Assembly: GCF_006345805.1 (NCBI RefSeq)
Contig: NC_043005.1
Span: 1,116,001 to 1,180,000, forward strand
Direction of reading: 5' to 3'
DNA: 64,000 bases
From: Octopus sinensis
Taxonomy: Eukaryota
Shown here in pieces: positions 39,750 through 54,381 of this stretch (positions are counted from its first letter, which is position 1; each line of letters starts with the position of its first letter). A model generated the notes under the pieces. The model saw nothing but the letters and a program-made list of their open reading frames with translations. It made no database searches and was not told the origin of the DNA. A program made the translations under genes and the position numbers.

Positions 39750-41233
39750 GAAAATTAATGAGAAATATGTTTGTGCCTAGCTTAATTAGAAAATTGCAGT
39801 ATTCAAGCTTTTTGCAAACACCCAACTGATAGTAACCGAACTGAAAGAATTCCACTGACAATTGAAACTAAGCCCAGGCCTAGGCTTGACAACAAAAACA
39901 AAACTTATTGCCATGCAATAATACAAATTTACTTATGAACTAAGCTTCTGAAGGGAAATAAGGTAAATTAGCTCCAACAATTAGGGATAATAATCAATTT
40001 CTGAAGGATGAAAGAGAATGTTGATATGGGTAAGATTTCTACTCTAACTTGACAAGGATGACATTAAACACGGTATTTTAATCTACTCTAGTAAAAGACC
40101 AAGTAGCTTGGTTGGTTCCATTACCAAATGTCTACCAATAATGCTTTCTTACTTAGGCACACAGCTACAAATACATTACAGGAATGAAATTAGATTCAGT
40201 GACATTCATGCCTTCGCAGAAAGCATGAAGGACTTAAGGGAACTGGTTTTGACTAGAAATTAAACCAGATTACATAATCAACAAGCTGCAAGTTCACTTC
40301 ATCTCCATTAAATCTTTCACAGTGTATTTTTAAGCAAGATTTAGTGAAATGAAAAAAATGAAAAGGGAAGCATTGTTTTATGCCTAGATATGGAGGAAAA
40401 GAAAAAATAAATTATTAGAAATAAGTAGCAAGAATAAACTGCGGTTCAGTGCTTAAACTATTCCTCATTCTACAAATCCTGGATTACATGGCATATCATC
40501 TAGAAATGTTACCTGTGAAAGACTGATCCAGGTAGAGATTTCTCTCATCTAACTGACACCAATTTCCAAAAGCCCCTACAATCAACAAAAATATAGACCT
40601 CTTCCTTAGATTTGTGTACCAGTCATTTACAACCAGGCTAGAAAAATGTGGGGAAAGATCATATGGATTTAGCACAATTAATTAAAATACTCAGAGAACT
40701 TTGAAAATGACCCTTCGTTTTACATCTGGCCAACAAGCCTACTTATATTACGATGAAGACAGATATTTCTTGAAGATGTCTTCGTATTTATGGTACTTAA
40801 TAAAACAAGTAACAATATTTATAGCAAGGATTTGAAGTAATCAATTATATACACACTGCTACTCGATTCCTAGATTACATAACATGGCTTGCTACCTAAT
40901 TAATAAAGAAATTTATCAATAAAGAGTTCCCATGCAGTTTAGTACATGATTTATCTTGCCAGCCCATTCTACGATTCCTTCTCACTTCTCAGTACAACAG
41001 GAAGTGAGTGAAACCATTACCCACTTGCTTTATCACTTTTTCATGTATTTATCTATATATTAAAAAACAAAACAGTAGATAAATTCAAAAACAGGGGTAG
41101 GGGTGGGGGGAAAAGCAAAAAACCTCTATATAACCCCTTTTAATACTAAATAATTTATAATGTTCATGTGGCTAATGAAGACAAGAGTCAGCGCTTGAAA
41201 CCTGCTTTCAGCTGTTTTGTGCTTGTTCAAGTC

Positions 41234-41450
41234 ATTGACCCTTTCATTACCGTATTTTTCTTTTTTTAGAGATGCTCTGTGTTTCTTTAAACTAATTTTA
41301 AATATAACAAAGAATTTAGTAAAATAGCTTCGTTATCATAAACTGTGACTAAGGTTTGGTGGAAGATTTTAATTCAAAACTTATGAAATCACGACTTTTG
41401 TACTATAGAGCCAGAGGCAGTTTCAGCCAGGTTGATATTGGGAGGGTTAA
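41234..41450. mobile_element. Possible piggyBac-type MITE
   Basis: ttgaccctttc ... gggagggttaa ends resemble TTAA|CCC termini. Confidence 0.4.
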
Positions 41451-42781
41451 TGTTATTCTGTTTGTGTTTAACTTAACTGGGGGGGGGGGGGGGGGGCGAT
41501 GATGACTGGGCAGGGATTTAACTGAAAGTAGAGGGGTTGGGGTAGGAAGAAACATTAAAAAACCCTCCAAATTTGTAAAATTCCTTTTTATAAAAAATGA
41601 ATTTGAAAGTGAACAAAAACGAAAAAAGAAAAATGATATGAAAACCTACTTATTAATAGAATTAATGAGAAAAGAAGCAGGGAAACTATTTAAATAACAT
41701 TGTAGAAGGGTGACTGAGATAGAAATGTTTGGGAGAGGAGGAAGCAATTATTTGATGAATTATTTCTATAATTCTTTGAGACAGGGAAGGGAGCAAGAGA
41801 GAATAAATAAGAAAAACCCTGCAAAATAAAAAGAAAATAAAAATAATTATTTGCATGCATTGGACAACAATTTACTATGAAAGGTGTGTTTAATAAAAAG
41901 AAGAAAAAACAAAAGGAAAATAATTGAATATAAAAACAAGCAATGCACTTGGAAGATTGTTTGGGTGGTGGTGGTGGTGGATTGTGGGGGAACGCAGCAG
42001 AGAGCTGAGGAAGATGTTCACTAAAGGTTCATAATAATGATTTCTTTCTTGATTAGGCAGGCACAAAGCCATTTTGTAAAAAGAGAAACAATGTCGTCGA
42101 ATGTTTCAGATTAGAGTATATTACTGGTATCAATTCTATTGACACTGGAGATATTTAATGGCATCATTTGACATCAGAATTAGCAGACAACAGGTTAATA
42201 ATCGGAAAACAGGTATTTAGCATTTGATAAGTTTAAGAATTTGTATGTCTATGAGTTGTGCTTTTGTTGAGGTCGTAAAGAATGGTTGTAGACTTGACCA
42301 GGAGTAGTTATAATCACTATGTTACTTAATGGCAGGCCCAGTTGGAACTTTTTCGAGTCTGTCATTAAGAAAAATCTAACGCATCACACTATTCCAAGAA
42401 AATCCTCAAATTCAATGTGTCCACAGCTGTTCCAGTTTGCAATAAAGGGTCAGAAACAATCCAATCAGTGTCAATAAAACATTAGCCAGCAATAGTTTTT
42501 GAAACAATTTCATTGACTTGATCTACACAAGAAGAGTGAAAATATTTATGCCTGAGAAAGAAACCATTATTCATAGTCTAATTACCATGGTGACTAAATA
42601 CCAGCGTGCTACTTTTATTCACCACAGTTTTAGTTTTCATTAGTATCATCTTTCAGTGATCAGATGGTGTTGGTGTGTGGAGTTAGATGGACACAAGTCT
42701 ACTGGTAAAAATATTCCATGATGCAACTAATACCAAGATGTCAAGTATGTGGCTCTATATATATATATATATACTTTTTAC

Positions 42782-42812
<31 letters not shown>

Positions 42813-42831
42813 CACACACACACACATACAT

Positions 42832-42915
<84 letters not shown>

Positions 42916-43219
42916 CTTGCACACATCCATACATTAAACATGTACATATGTTGTATAAATGAAAAGGAAAAAAAGGTGGTGAAACTCATGCATGATGTAT
43001 GAAAAGGGTTGGAACCACTCAAACTCTTCAATATCTTTAACTTATGCAAGTGATGTCAGTATGTCATCATTAGTTTTGCTACGAAAGTCTAATGTGGGAT
43101 CAGGGCTGATGGACAGCAATATGGCTGCTTAACAGTGATTTGATTTCAATATGCTTTACATTTACTGATTCTATTGGAAAGGATCCGATTAGACATGGGC
43201 AGCTACTTTTAAAGCAGTG

Positions 43220-43443
43220 TTTAACCCTTTCATGTTCAGATTGCTCTGTCAAATGTAATGCTTATCTATTTAGATTGTTTTGAATTAATCATAGGATTAT
43301 CTCATAGCTTTGAGATTTCTATGATGTGATTGTTTATCTTTAGAACGATAGAATAGGTATGAGAGGCCAGATACAGCCAGTCTAGACATAAAACAGATAG
43401 AGTATCAGGGCCAGCTATGGCCAGTTGAAATGCTACGGGATTA
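43220..43443. mobile_element. Possible piggyBac-type MITE
   Basis: Starts ttaacccttt; the right end is degenerate (aatgctacgggattag). Confidence 0.35.
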
Positions 43444-46400
43444 GTGCTGTCTAGACATTAATTCATACACATGTGTGTATGTGTGTAGATGAGACTATTT
43501 GCATCATGTCTATATGTTAATGTATAAATGCGTGTGTGTACTTCCCTGTTTTTGGTTCCTCATTCTTCTTACTCTCCCAAGAACATTTGTGAGGAATTGT
43601 ACATGGTGATTGTCCTTTTAGGGTTGTGTAGCTGCTTCAGGTCTTCACTAACTTGCTGTTTCTGATGTCATGCAAGATTTACAGAACTGGTGCAGCAACA
43701 AGTTTCCAATATTCTAGTTTCTGTTTCGTCATTGAGAAAGGCGAAACCATTATTTATTGCAGAATATCTGAGATATGGCTGATTATGAAATTGTTGCTGT
43801 TTGCAGAGATTAGGATCAGAAATAAATTAGAAGAATATTCACTTTTGTCAAGATAAATAGTTTATGCTAGCCTCACTGGCAAAGAGAAGACAAAAAATCA
43901 GAAAACCTACTACTATTGAAAAGTGGAACTCATTGTTGTATCTAAACGACAAGTAAAATGAAGGATGTTATATGTAATCTAGAACTGTGATGCTGGCATA
44001 GAACACAAAAGATCCTGTAACATATTGCTCTTGTGATAGAGTAGAAGTAGGGAAGGATTAAAAAACTACCTGATGCCCTAAGTACAGCTCAACAATGGTG
44101 CCTCCTTGAATCTTCTACTGAATAACTGACAACACATAAAGACATAAGCTTTGAATATAATAGAATTGATTAAAAATTCCATTTTCTTCCAGACCATCTC
44201 CCAAATCAGATGATATAACCATATCAAATACAAGCTGTTATTTTTATACTAAATAGCAGCACTAGAAAAATTTGTGTGGTGCCCTAAACATGTATTATTT
44301 GACGGTTAATCTGGCAGAGGGGTTTGTATGTTATGTTTTTAGTACCAAATATGAATGTATAGTTTTTCCTTTCATACATGTAGACTTATTTGAAAGAGAG
44401 AGAAAGAGAGATAGAGAGAGAGGGTAGCGTCTGCTGATGGTGGCAATGTTAAGATCATTGTTAGTCAATGGAACTAAATAACTACCAGGATTTATAAGAG
44501 AGTTCTTCGAATAGCTTTGGTGCGAAATGAAGCAGAAGCAAACTGATGCTATTTGTCTTCATCCAGTTTGGTGCCACAGATCATTTCAAATCTAACAGTT
44601 CAAATCCTAGCTGAGGTTAATTGCTTTAATTTTACACTTCCAGGGAAGGACAAAACTAAATTCTTATACTGGAAAAGACTGATGCACAAACCTCTGACCT
44701 AAAGAGATGCCAAGTGTTGGAGTGGCAAGACGTTTCCACACAAACATATCTCAAACCAGGTAGATTTTTTTCTTTTTATTGTATACTTGTCAGAAAGAAA
44801 TGAAATCTCTAATTAGAAGTGGTGTGGATATTATTTTGCTTTGAAGTGTCACCTTTAGCTTTACATAATCAAGAGCACAATCCCCTGGCAGCTTATAGAA
44901 CTCTTAAACAAGAAGCCCATAAGACAATGTGTGTGCATATGTCTATTTACATAGACGAACACATGGAAGGTCTCTATATTGGTTGTTCTAAGTGTGATGC
45001 TTATAGTAAAAGCATGACTGGATGTGTAGGAAAGTGGATAAATAACTTCACACTGAAGCAGAGAAGCAGAGTTTGTGACATGTTCAACTAATTTACACAC
45101 TTCAGTGTCTGCGTAGTAGTTTGCTTTGCACTTAATGCATTTGACTTTGTCATTCATTGGGTGCATTGTATATGTGATGTGAATGTGAGTAGATTTAATT
45201 CAGGAGTTAATATATAGAAATATGAATGCAGAAATGCTAAATGTTTTGATAGGAATTTCTTTGGTTAACTGGGTAAGTGAGCCCCCTTCCTACACACACA
45301 GACACACACACACATGTAAAAGAGAGATACAGACTCTTACATAAACACACACTAAAACAGAACTCAGCTTTGCATATTTTATGAAACTAGTAAATTTATA
45401 ATGTAATGGAGAGAGAATAAGAATGATACAAAATAATTTGTTTATATTTTAGTTGCTTGTTTTGCAGGATTTGAAAAATTTGTTTTTCACAATTTGATTA
45501 TGGTTCTTTAAAATCTGCCAGTTCTCGGTAAAAGTAGATGTAAATACTCAGCGAAGTAGATTTATTAGAGATTTTAGTTGAAACAAATGATTGTCTTCCC
45601 TACATTTTGGCTATAAACTTTTTATTTCCTTATGTTTCAAAGCTAATGAAAATTTAAAACCCATTTTCTTTTTTTTTTTACATGCTATTTATAGTTTTAC
45701 TTATAAAATTGTGTTAGCTGTGTGTCTAAGAGGAGAAATTGCTTTTGTGTCCTCTCTAGACTTCCCTGTCTTTGAAAGGTATTTAATGCATTGTTTTAGT
45801 TAATCAGAGTCTCTACTTTGTTTATATCCTAAAATACCATCACTCTATTTAAACATGAAAATATATTGAAAAGCTCAAAAAAATCTAAAGATTGTTTCTG
45901 TATGGATATGTCTGTGTATGGGGATGGCTGTATGTGTGAGTTGTAATATTTCTGTTGCATGTAATTGTAACTGTTGCATAATGATGTTCATGTGAAATGG
46001 TTGTAATGTTTGTTGGTTGGGCAAGGAGCAGAAAATAGGCATCTGAAAATCTTCAGGAAACGAACTAAAATGAAGGTCAACACAACAAATAGTCAAATAT
46101 TCTAATCATAAAAGAATCAGAGGAAGAATTCTTGACTATTTGAGAAAAGAAAGAAAAAAAAAAAACTCAAGGAAAAAAGAAAAGAAACAAAAATACAGTT
46201 AAAAATCTTTAAAGCTAACATTGGGTTGTAAAGGGTGAGGGCCATAGGAAGGATGAGGACAAAGATTTAATTTCTAGATCATTAAGCCAATTACTCTGTT
46301 ATCATTTTTTTAAAAACTTTTATAATTTGAAAGAAGACTTTTTTTAAAAACTAATTTCTTAACAATTTGATTGAGTGGTGTAGCCATTAGGACACATTTT

Positions 46401-46641
46401 GGTCTACACAACAAGTGTTTCTAGAACATCAGGTGTGCTTTGATAGCTGTCTGCTACAGTGGAATAGTTTTGCAGCTACATGCAGTGAAATTACCCTTTC
46501 AATCTCTGCTTGCACAGCCATATGTGTTGTTGAGATCAGCCGGTGGCGTTTGTCTCAGGCTCCGAATTTCGCCTCAGTTTTTGCTTTGCCATTTTGTTCT
46601 TTTTGTGAATTTCTTTCAGGCTCTTTCTTTGTTTTTTTTTT

Positions 46642-46858
46642 TTATTTTGTTTTCTTGATAGTCAACTCATCCACACATGAAGGAGGAACAGCATCGAGAA
46701 GAATCCCCAGAGCGTAGTGTTGGTAGCAGCGAATGCCGTCTTTGTCAAGATGGTAGAATGTCGCACACTCCTGTCTAGAGAAATCTTCATCCAGTCTCCC
46801 AAACAGAAAGAAATCTTCAACCAATCTCCCATGCTTAAGATGGCCAGGCATGTCTACT
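46642..46858 (-). CDS. Candidate alternative terminal exon (RVDMPGHLKHGRLVEDFF...TIKKTK*)
   Basis: Follows a CT-rich tract and TAG acceptor; 1 nt plus 72 codons, compatible with the phase-2 donor at 53182; AATAAA overlaps the stop. No homology recognised. Confidence 0.3.
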
Positions 46859-49619
46859 CTTATGGCACAACAACATTGAGGAAAGAGAGAGAGAGAGAGA
46901 GAAAGAGAAAGAAAGAGAGAGAGAGAAAGGAAGTGTTGGGTGTGTATGTGTTGGTGACTGTCTAATTTTCCATAGTGCTCAATGAGAAATATCATGTGTA
47001 TGTATGAAAGTGCATATATATGTAACTATGAATGCGAGTGTGCATGTGTATTTCTGTGTAGTTCTATGTACAGTCTGACAGCTTCTGCCATGAAGAGGAC
47101 TTAGCAGAACATCCCCAGCCAATCTAGAGTTAAAACACACACAACCATTCATACTCTGTCGGCTATTCAAAGTTAACTAAGCTTAATGTATAGGAAGAGC
47201 TCGTTCAAATGGAGCAATTTGTTGATATTTTTAATGAAGCTTCTGCTGTCCGGTTTAATATCAAAAGGATTTCTGAAATAAGCATTTTGCATTCAGTATG
47301 ACCACTTCTTGTCAGCATATTTATCACAAAATGAATGGCAATCAAGAAAAGTGACAGATGTTGAATTTTATTGGTTTCCAAATCTTATGAAAAGTGTTTA
47401 ATAATTGTTTGGATTAAGTTGATATGTAATTGGTGATGGTTAACAAAGAATAACTAAACCTAACTTAAACTCTAATTTTGCTATGATGTAGAAGGTTTGA
47501 TAGAAACTACTAATATCATTATTTTTTTTTAATATTAAAGAATAACAAAATAATTTACAATATAGAGAAATCCTCATATTGCAGGAGAAATAAATGATAT
47601 TCTCTTGTTAAATAAAATTTGTTTAACAAATAAATTCTAGAGGAATCTAAAAACCAATTTCTTATAAGGAGCCTGAATCATGAAAGATTTCAAAAAATGG
47701 TAGGTTTCAATAATAATATTTCTGCAGTGACTTAGCAATAAAACCAGTGGCAACGGAATGAGCCAAAGGTAAGTTCAGTTTTGTGTAGAAATTAGCTGAT
47801 GGAATTCTTTATCAGTTCAGCCACAACAAACCATAAGAAAGTTCTACAGATTTTCACCAGACATTGTTTTTTGACATCAAAGCAACAACAACACTATTGC
47901 AAGAAACTAATGTGACTATCACGGCCAGACAAGTTCTTAGACAACAATCTAGCATTGTGCATTTATACACAAAATTCTAGTTGGCTGCTACTTCCACAAC
48001 TAAAGAATTTTAGATAATTTTTTCTTTTCTTTTTTTTTTTTTTCAGACTGATAATTTTGTTAACATTTAGATAAATGTAATTGAGCATGACAATATTGAG
48101 CATAGGATATAATTAAATGGAATATTTTAAAATAAAACAGTTACAAGTGATGCTGTTGTGTTCTATCAATCTAGTTTCATTCTCTGACTGTTCAGAATAT
48201 TTTTTTACTGATTTAGAAAAATAAGCAAAATCCTAAAGGATCTGGCATTTTTCAGTAAAGTGTTCACATCTTTTGGTGAAGTGACTCAAAGTTTACCTGG
48301 ATTTCAATAGCAAAGAATTCTTTGCTAGTTTTGTAAGTATAAAACATTTTTCTTTTTTAATTCAAAAGCATTCATGTTTGAAAAAAATAAGGTAATATTA
48401 TAGATTTAACACAACCATATTATATTTTTCTTTTAATTCTAAAGCTACATTAAACTTAAAAGAGACACGCATCTGTATTTGTGTGCATGCATATAAGCAT
48501 GAATGTGTATGTGTGTGCGAACGTGCACGCGTGAGTGTGTGAGAGACAATTAGTTCAGCAAGCTGACATTTCTTACAAATTCTACTGATGACTGCTTTCA
48601 CCATAAGAATGGACTGAGTTTTGATAATCTTGAACTAAGACCAATTGATAAAATTGGATATTTTGTGTGTGTGTGTGTGTGTGTTTCTATAAACCATAGG
48701 GAAGATGGTCTCCAGCTACTGTTTATATGCAAATCATCTGCAACTAAAAGTTACTGAACTATTGTTAGTAACATCAGTTAGATTGCTATTAAAATTTAGA
48801 GGATCAAAGCAAACATTGCCAGGAAGCTACAGTTAATGATGTCTGTTGTTTTAGTTTTATAGAGAATAATTTCAACTTGAAACTAATTAAGTTCGAAACG
48901 CTGGTGATGTTGTGTCAAATGGTCAGAGTTATTGAAGAGTGAGTTTCATAACATGCAGTCGTAGCATTACCATGAAATGAAGGATATTTTATTTGGATGA
49001 TGCATGTGTGTATGTCTGCTGTATGTGAACGATGTCTTGCACGTGCTTGTGTGTCTGTCTGTGTGAAGGGAAGGGCTGTTCAGGGAGGAGGGGCAGTAGG
49101 AGGAGTAGGTCATGCCTTCCACTACTCAACAACATTTAGTTTCCTGTCAGGGTCTCTACACTAGTGCATTGAACTATGGTCCTACACAATCACACAAATT
49201 ACACACACATCTGAGCAGCAGACCTGAAGATTTCGGAAGGACTTTTCGGCATCCCATCAGTTCTGAATTCAAGAAAAGGGAAAGCTAATCAAATATTTCA
49301 TTTGAATATAAAGGAATTGAGAAAAATAATTGCAAAAAAACATGAGAAACAATGTGATAAACTATTTAAAGTATGAAACATGAATCCATATCAATACAAA
49401 CAAATTCTTCTTTGTTTAAATGAATCTTTTACTTGTTAAAATAATTATTTAAAATTGAAACATGAAAAACAATTGTTGGACAATGAAGCTACTGAATGGA
49501 CAATACAAGCAACTTTTCTGGTCCTTTCATAAAACCTGATCCTTCCTTTTACTATGTGGGCCACTTCAATGTCGTCACTATGAGTTTTTTTTTCTTTTGT
49601 TAAAAAAACAATAACAATA

Positions 49620-50005
49620 ATAGTTTCAAATACTGGCACAAGGCCAGCAATTTCGGGGAAGGAGTAAGTCAATTATATTGACTCCAGTACTTATTTGATC
49701 AACCCCTCAGAGGATGAAAGGCAAAGTTGACCTTGGAGTAATTTGGAAAAACTTAATCTACTGCTTCTGCCATGACCATTACATCAATAATAAGCCTTTT
49801 TACTACAAGCACAGGGCCTGAAATTTTGGAAGAAGAGTTAAGTTGATTACATCAACCCCAAGTACTCAACTGGTACTTAATTTATCGATCTCAAAGGATG
49901 AAAGGCAAAGTTGACCTCAGTGGCATGAACTCAGAATGTAATGACAGACGAAATACCACTAAACATTTTGCCCAGTGTGCTGATGATTCTGCCAGCTTGC
50001 TGTTT
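49620..50005 (-). mobile_element. Two SINE family B copies
   Basis: Reverse complement cores at ~49715 and ~49900 (aggatgaaaggcaaagttgacc). Confidence 0.78.
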
Positions 50006-50096
50006 TTAAAAAAGGAAACTGGACTTGTCCTATAATAATAATAATAATATTAATAATAATAATAACAATAATCTTTTCTACAAAAGGCACATATTT

Positions 50097-51037
50097 GCTA
50101 CAGCAAATATTCTGCTCAATACCACAGATTTGCTTGTCAGTTGTTTGACCTTAACCAGTTGAGCATGTCCCTTAGTGGCTGATGATATGTGCATCTCTGA
50201 TCACGAGCAGAAGTAGTGGGGGAGCATCATAGCCATGTGTTGAGAGGGATTCTTTGGGGTTTGGATAATTCACCTCTGGAAACATGAGTGGTTCGTTCAA
50301 CATCCTTAAACAACCCTTATTCAGGGACCTTTTGAGTGGGATGGGCTACTCGACCAGAAGAATATTCTAACTGCTGTTTATCTTGATATGAGATCACCAT
50401 GTTGCACACATGTGGTTGTGATGCATGTGCCTGGTGTACCTTTATCAGACGGGTAGTCATGATGGGTATACTGGGCTTCGTATATTTGTACCCCAGTGTC
50501 ACTTTGATGGCATATGTTGCTCTCTCATCACTCAATAATAATAATGCCCTGATGCAGTACTAGACAGTGGCTCTCATGATCCCAACTGATTGAAAGTGTT
50601 ATCATGTACATTGTTTTGTCTTGGTGTAAAAGATGGGCTACAGCAAATATTGTGTTCAACACCACAGATTTGCTTGTCAGTGGTTTGACCGTAACCAGCT
50701 GAGCTGACAATGTCTCTCTGATGAGGAGCAAAAGTAGTAGGTGAGCATCATATCATGTGCTGAGAGGAAATCTTTGAAATTTGAATAATTTACCTTTGCA
50801 AACATAGGTGTTTTGGTCATCATCTTTAAACAACTCTTATTCAGGGACCTTTTGAGCAGGATGGGCTACTCAACCTGAGGAAAATTCTGTGTCCCACTTG
50901 CAAGGTCATGTGCTGTTATCTTGACATGAGATCACTACGTCACACATTATATGGTTGTGGTACATGTGCCTGGTGTAACCTTATCAGACAGGTGTACCCC
51001 AGTGTCACTTTGAAGGCATGCACCACTCTCTCACTCA
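50097..51037 (+). mobile_element. Two head-to-tail family C elements separated by (AAT)4
   Basis: The first copy is 5'-truncated (50097-50533); the second spans 50546-51037. Both end in cactcaataataat. Confidence 0.85.
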
Positions 51038-51908
51038 ATAATAATAATTGCAAATTTTTACTTTATTGAAACAAATAGAGTGAAAGGCTCTTATATTTTC
51101 TCAGTTAAAAATGGTCAGTTTGATTTCCAAAGAAAAAGTTAAAGTGGGATTAATCTAAGATAATTCCAGAGAGATGCTGAAAGAAGGAATTTGAATCCTG
51201 CACCATTTACTTGAAGACTTCTGCTTGTTACAATTGTCCATTATGAATTCTTGCTGTCGAATTGATATTTTACTGATCATTTTCAAAATAAAAGTACTTT
51301 GAAGAAACATGGCTTGAAGGAACATCTAAATAAAAGTTCCAAGCCTATTTCCCTTGAGCCATTTTGTGGAAATTTGTGATGTATTAAAATATAAGTAAAG
51401 CAGTTTTGATATGATGGACGTAATAAATATAAAACAATCATTAACATATCCTAATTAAGAAGTGTAGTATGACTGAGCAGTGAATACCGCTTACCACTAA
51501 AACAATACAATATAGCAGGAAAATTTATACAATTAACAGCCAAAATCTTTGTTGCTTGTCAACAACATGGAATTTTAATTCCAAAGAGAGAGCATTTACA
51601 GGGTTGTTCAACCTGCTAGACATAGTAGCCATATTTGAAAAATAGGGGAACAGAGAGAGAGAGAGAGAGTGTGTGTGTTCTAGCTTTAAACTCACTAGTG
51701 GAACACAAGTGACGCCCTCTTCTTTCACCTCATTTGTATTACCTAACCTTCAATATGCTAAATTCCAAATTTTACATTCCTAACGTAAAACACTGTAGCT
51801 TGGTTGTAGCAATTCAATTGTCCATATTTCAAACTTCACACAAAATATTAACAAATGTTTTTAATTATTTTTGCACAAAATATTTTCAGAGGAAAATAAA
51901 CACAATGA

Positions 51909-51942
<34 letters not shown>

Positions 51943-53181
51943 GTATATATATATATATATATATATAAAACAATACTTCCATTTAAAGTTTTAAATCATT
52001 GCAAACTTTGAATGTATTATCATTTCTATATTTTTTCTTCTCTATGGTACAACACACAGGTACAATAAAGTCACAGTCAACAACAAAACTACCTGTAGAT
52101 TTGTCACAACAAAAAAATACAAAAAGTGATAGTTATAAAATAAAGTTAGAATTGCTTGATGGTGAAGATTACTAGAAAAATAAGCTAAGGACCAAACTGG
52201 CAAATAAGAAAACAAGGCAAACATTAGAACTGAGATTTTTATCAACAGAATTCCTAACACAGATTTTTTTTATGGGTAAGTAAGTTTATTCCACACACTA
52301 AAGATGATGCATTAAAATTTATTTTTGCATTAACCCTTTGTCTGTCCAAAGCATTTTCATAAGTTTATCCTAAACATCCATACTTGTTTCCAGATTTTTA
52401 GTTGGCCCTTGTTTCATACATTCTGAGTAATAAAAGGCTTTCCTTTCATAAGTCTCAAGTTAACCCTGGTGGCTGAAAAAAATATTGGGAATGTGCATCA
52501 TATATGATGCTTACACGCCAGAGAAATATGTCCTGTATATGACATGCAATACACAGGACAGGCAAATGGATAAATGCAATTTATTTAATTCTTTTTCTTA
52601 AAAAAATATTAAATGCATCAATTATTTTCAAATTTTCAGTGGTTATTCACTATTATTTCAGTGATAGTATGGGTTAAATTGTTCTGGAAAACAAAACATA
52701 TGGCTGAATTTTGAAACAAGAATTTTGTGAAAGGTGTTATTACCTTTTTGAAGGCTATTTTCCAATTCCATACCAAGCAGACTGAGAACTTGTATCCAGT
52801 TAACATATATTACTTTAATATGTCTTTTACTGAATGTACTTTCACATATTCACCTTAGTTCAATCTCAAATAATGAGCTGAATTTTTGTTGATAGGGAAA
52901 TAAAAGCCTTCTGAAAAGTAATACGGGTAGGATTGATCTCAAATTCCTTTCATATAATGGTTCGAATGTTTACAGGAAGACTAGCTGCTCATTATAACCT
53001 TAAATATTTCCAAGGAGGTTCCCTTCTAAACAGTTTGTTCTTGGTTATTGCCCTATACCAACATAAATAGAACAGTCTCTCTCTCACACAACTATATACA
53101 TATAACACACACACAAATAAAAACCAAAAACAGATGAATTGTGCAAATAATACAAATAATAAATAAATTAATGTAACTTAC

Positions 53182-53250
53182 CTTGAGAAAGACCTTTCAA
53201 TTTTGGCTCGCCGCTTACTTTCTTCTAGAGTTTGATATTCTGTTTTGCCA
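53182..53250 (-). CDS. PTPN4: Exon, FERM-adjacent motif: (S)GKTEYQTLEESKRRAKIERSFS(R)
   Basis: Acceptor ttctcttctag, donor GTAAGT; 69 nt, phase 2 to 2. Completes the FRYSG.T motif in frame with the previous exon. Confidence 0.88.
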
Positions 53251-54314
53251 CTAGAAGAGAATCAGGAAACAAAAGATGAAACAGCAAAACAGAATCATGA
53301 AAGAAATTGGAAAGAAGACACTGGAACATCCTTACAAGGATCAAATGTTTGAGCTTTTATTCGGGTTTGACCCCCCCCCCCCACACACACAGAGTCAGTT
53401 GCATGAGAGTTAAACAGGTTTCATTCTGTTCAAGAAATTTACATAGTTTTGATAGCTGTTAACTGAGTCAGGCAACAAAAGTCTGAAGGTGATCATATCT
53501 TCCCACTTTTTGTTACCTGTGTAAGATTGGTGGTATGTTTTGATTAGGCAACGACAGTAACTTCCACCTTGCTCGTGTCCTATAACAAAAGAAATGGAGA
53601 ATAGCCAAGAACCAGATTGTTTAAACTTCTGAAGAATTAAATCCAAAACCAAATCTCAAAGCTGGAGTTTGCAAATGAAGCAACAGATTATTTCCATTGA
53701 AATCAAATTAATAGTGAGATTAAAATAACTTGTTCAAGAGCTTAACACAATGTCCACATCAAAATATAAACACATAAACTAGGGATTCAGTACCTTATCC
53801 CTAGGAGAAATAAGCCATTTCACAACAGACACTCGTGAAATTTTAGAATGCAATTTTCATACCAATATATAAGCTTATGATGAACATTTGCATTTTATGT
53901 GTACTGACATTATAATTGTCACTAACGACTTCTTGTATAGATGTGAACGTTTATAGCCGAAGAATCTGTTGCCCAGAGATTTAATGTGATACTCACAAGC
54001 TGATACAAACTCACAGTAGTCATGGGCCTGGACTATTGACTAAGTTACCAATAACATTTTATGCAGAAAAGCAAAGTTGGAAAATATGTAGCTAATAATT
54101 GAAATAATTCATCTTTTAGTTCTGCAAAATATCTGATAATCAGGAAATTTGGACTATTTTTCTTTAATTTTTTTTATGTACATTTTTTAAAGCTTTGATT
54201 TATAGAATAAGAGAAGTTTCAGGCTCAGAATGTGATTTTGTTGTTGCTGAGATCAATTTGATACACAACAACACAGCTGAAGAATGAAACCGACTTCAAG
54301 ATTGAGTGAGAAAG

Positions 54315-54359
<45 letters not shown>

Positions 54360-54381
54360 GTAGGGAGACTGAAGTAATTAC

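Noticed and set aside
51525-51612. Phase-compatible terminal exon candidate (RLNNPVNALSLELKF...LLIV*)
   Set aside because: Short, no homology, the pyrimidine tract is only a (CT)n microsatellite, and phase fits by chance one time in three.
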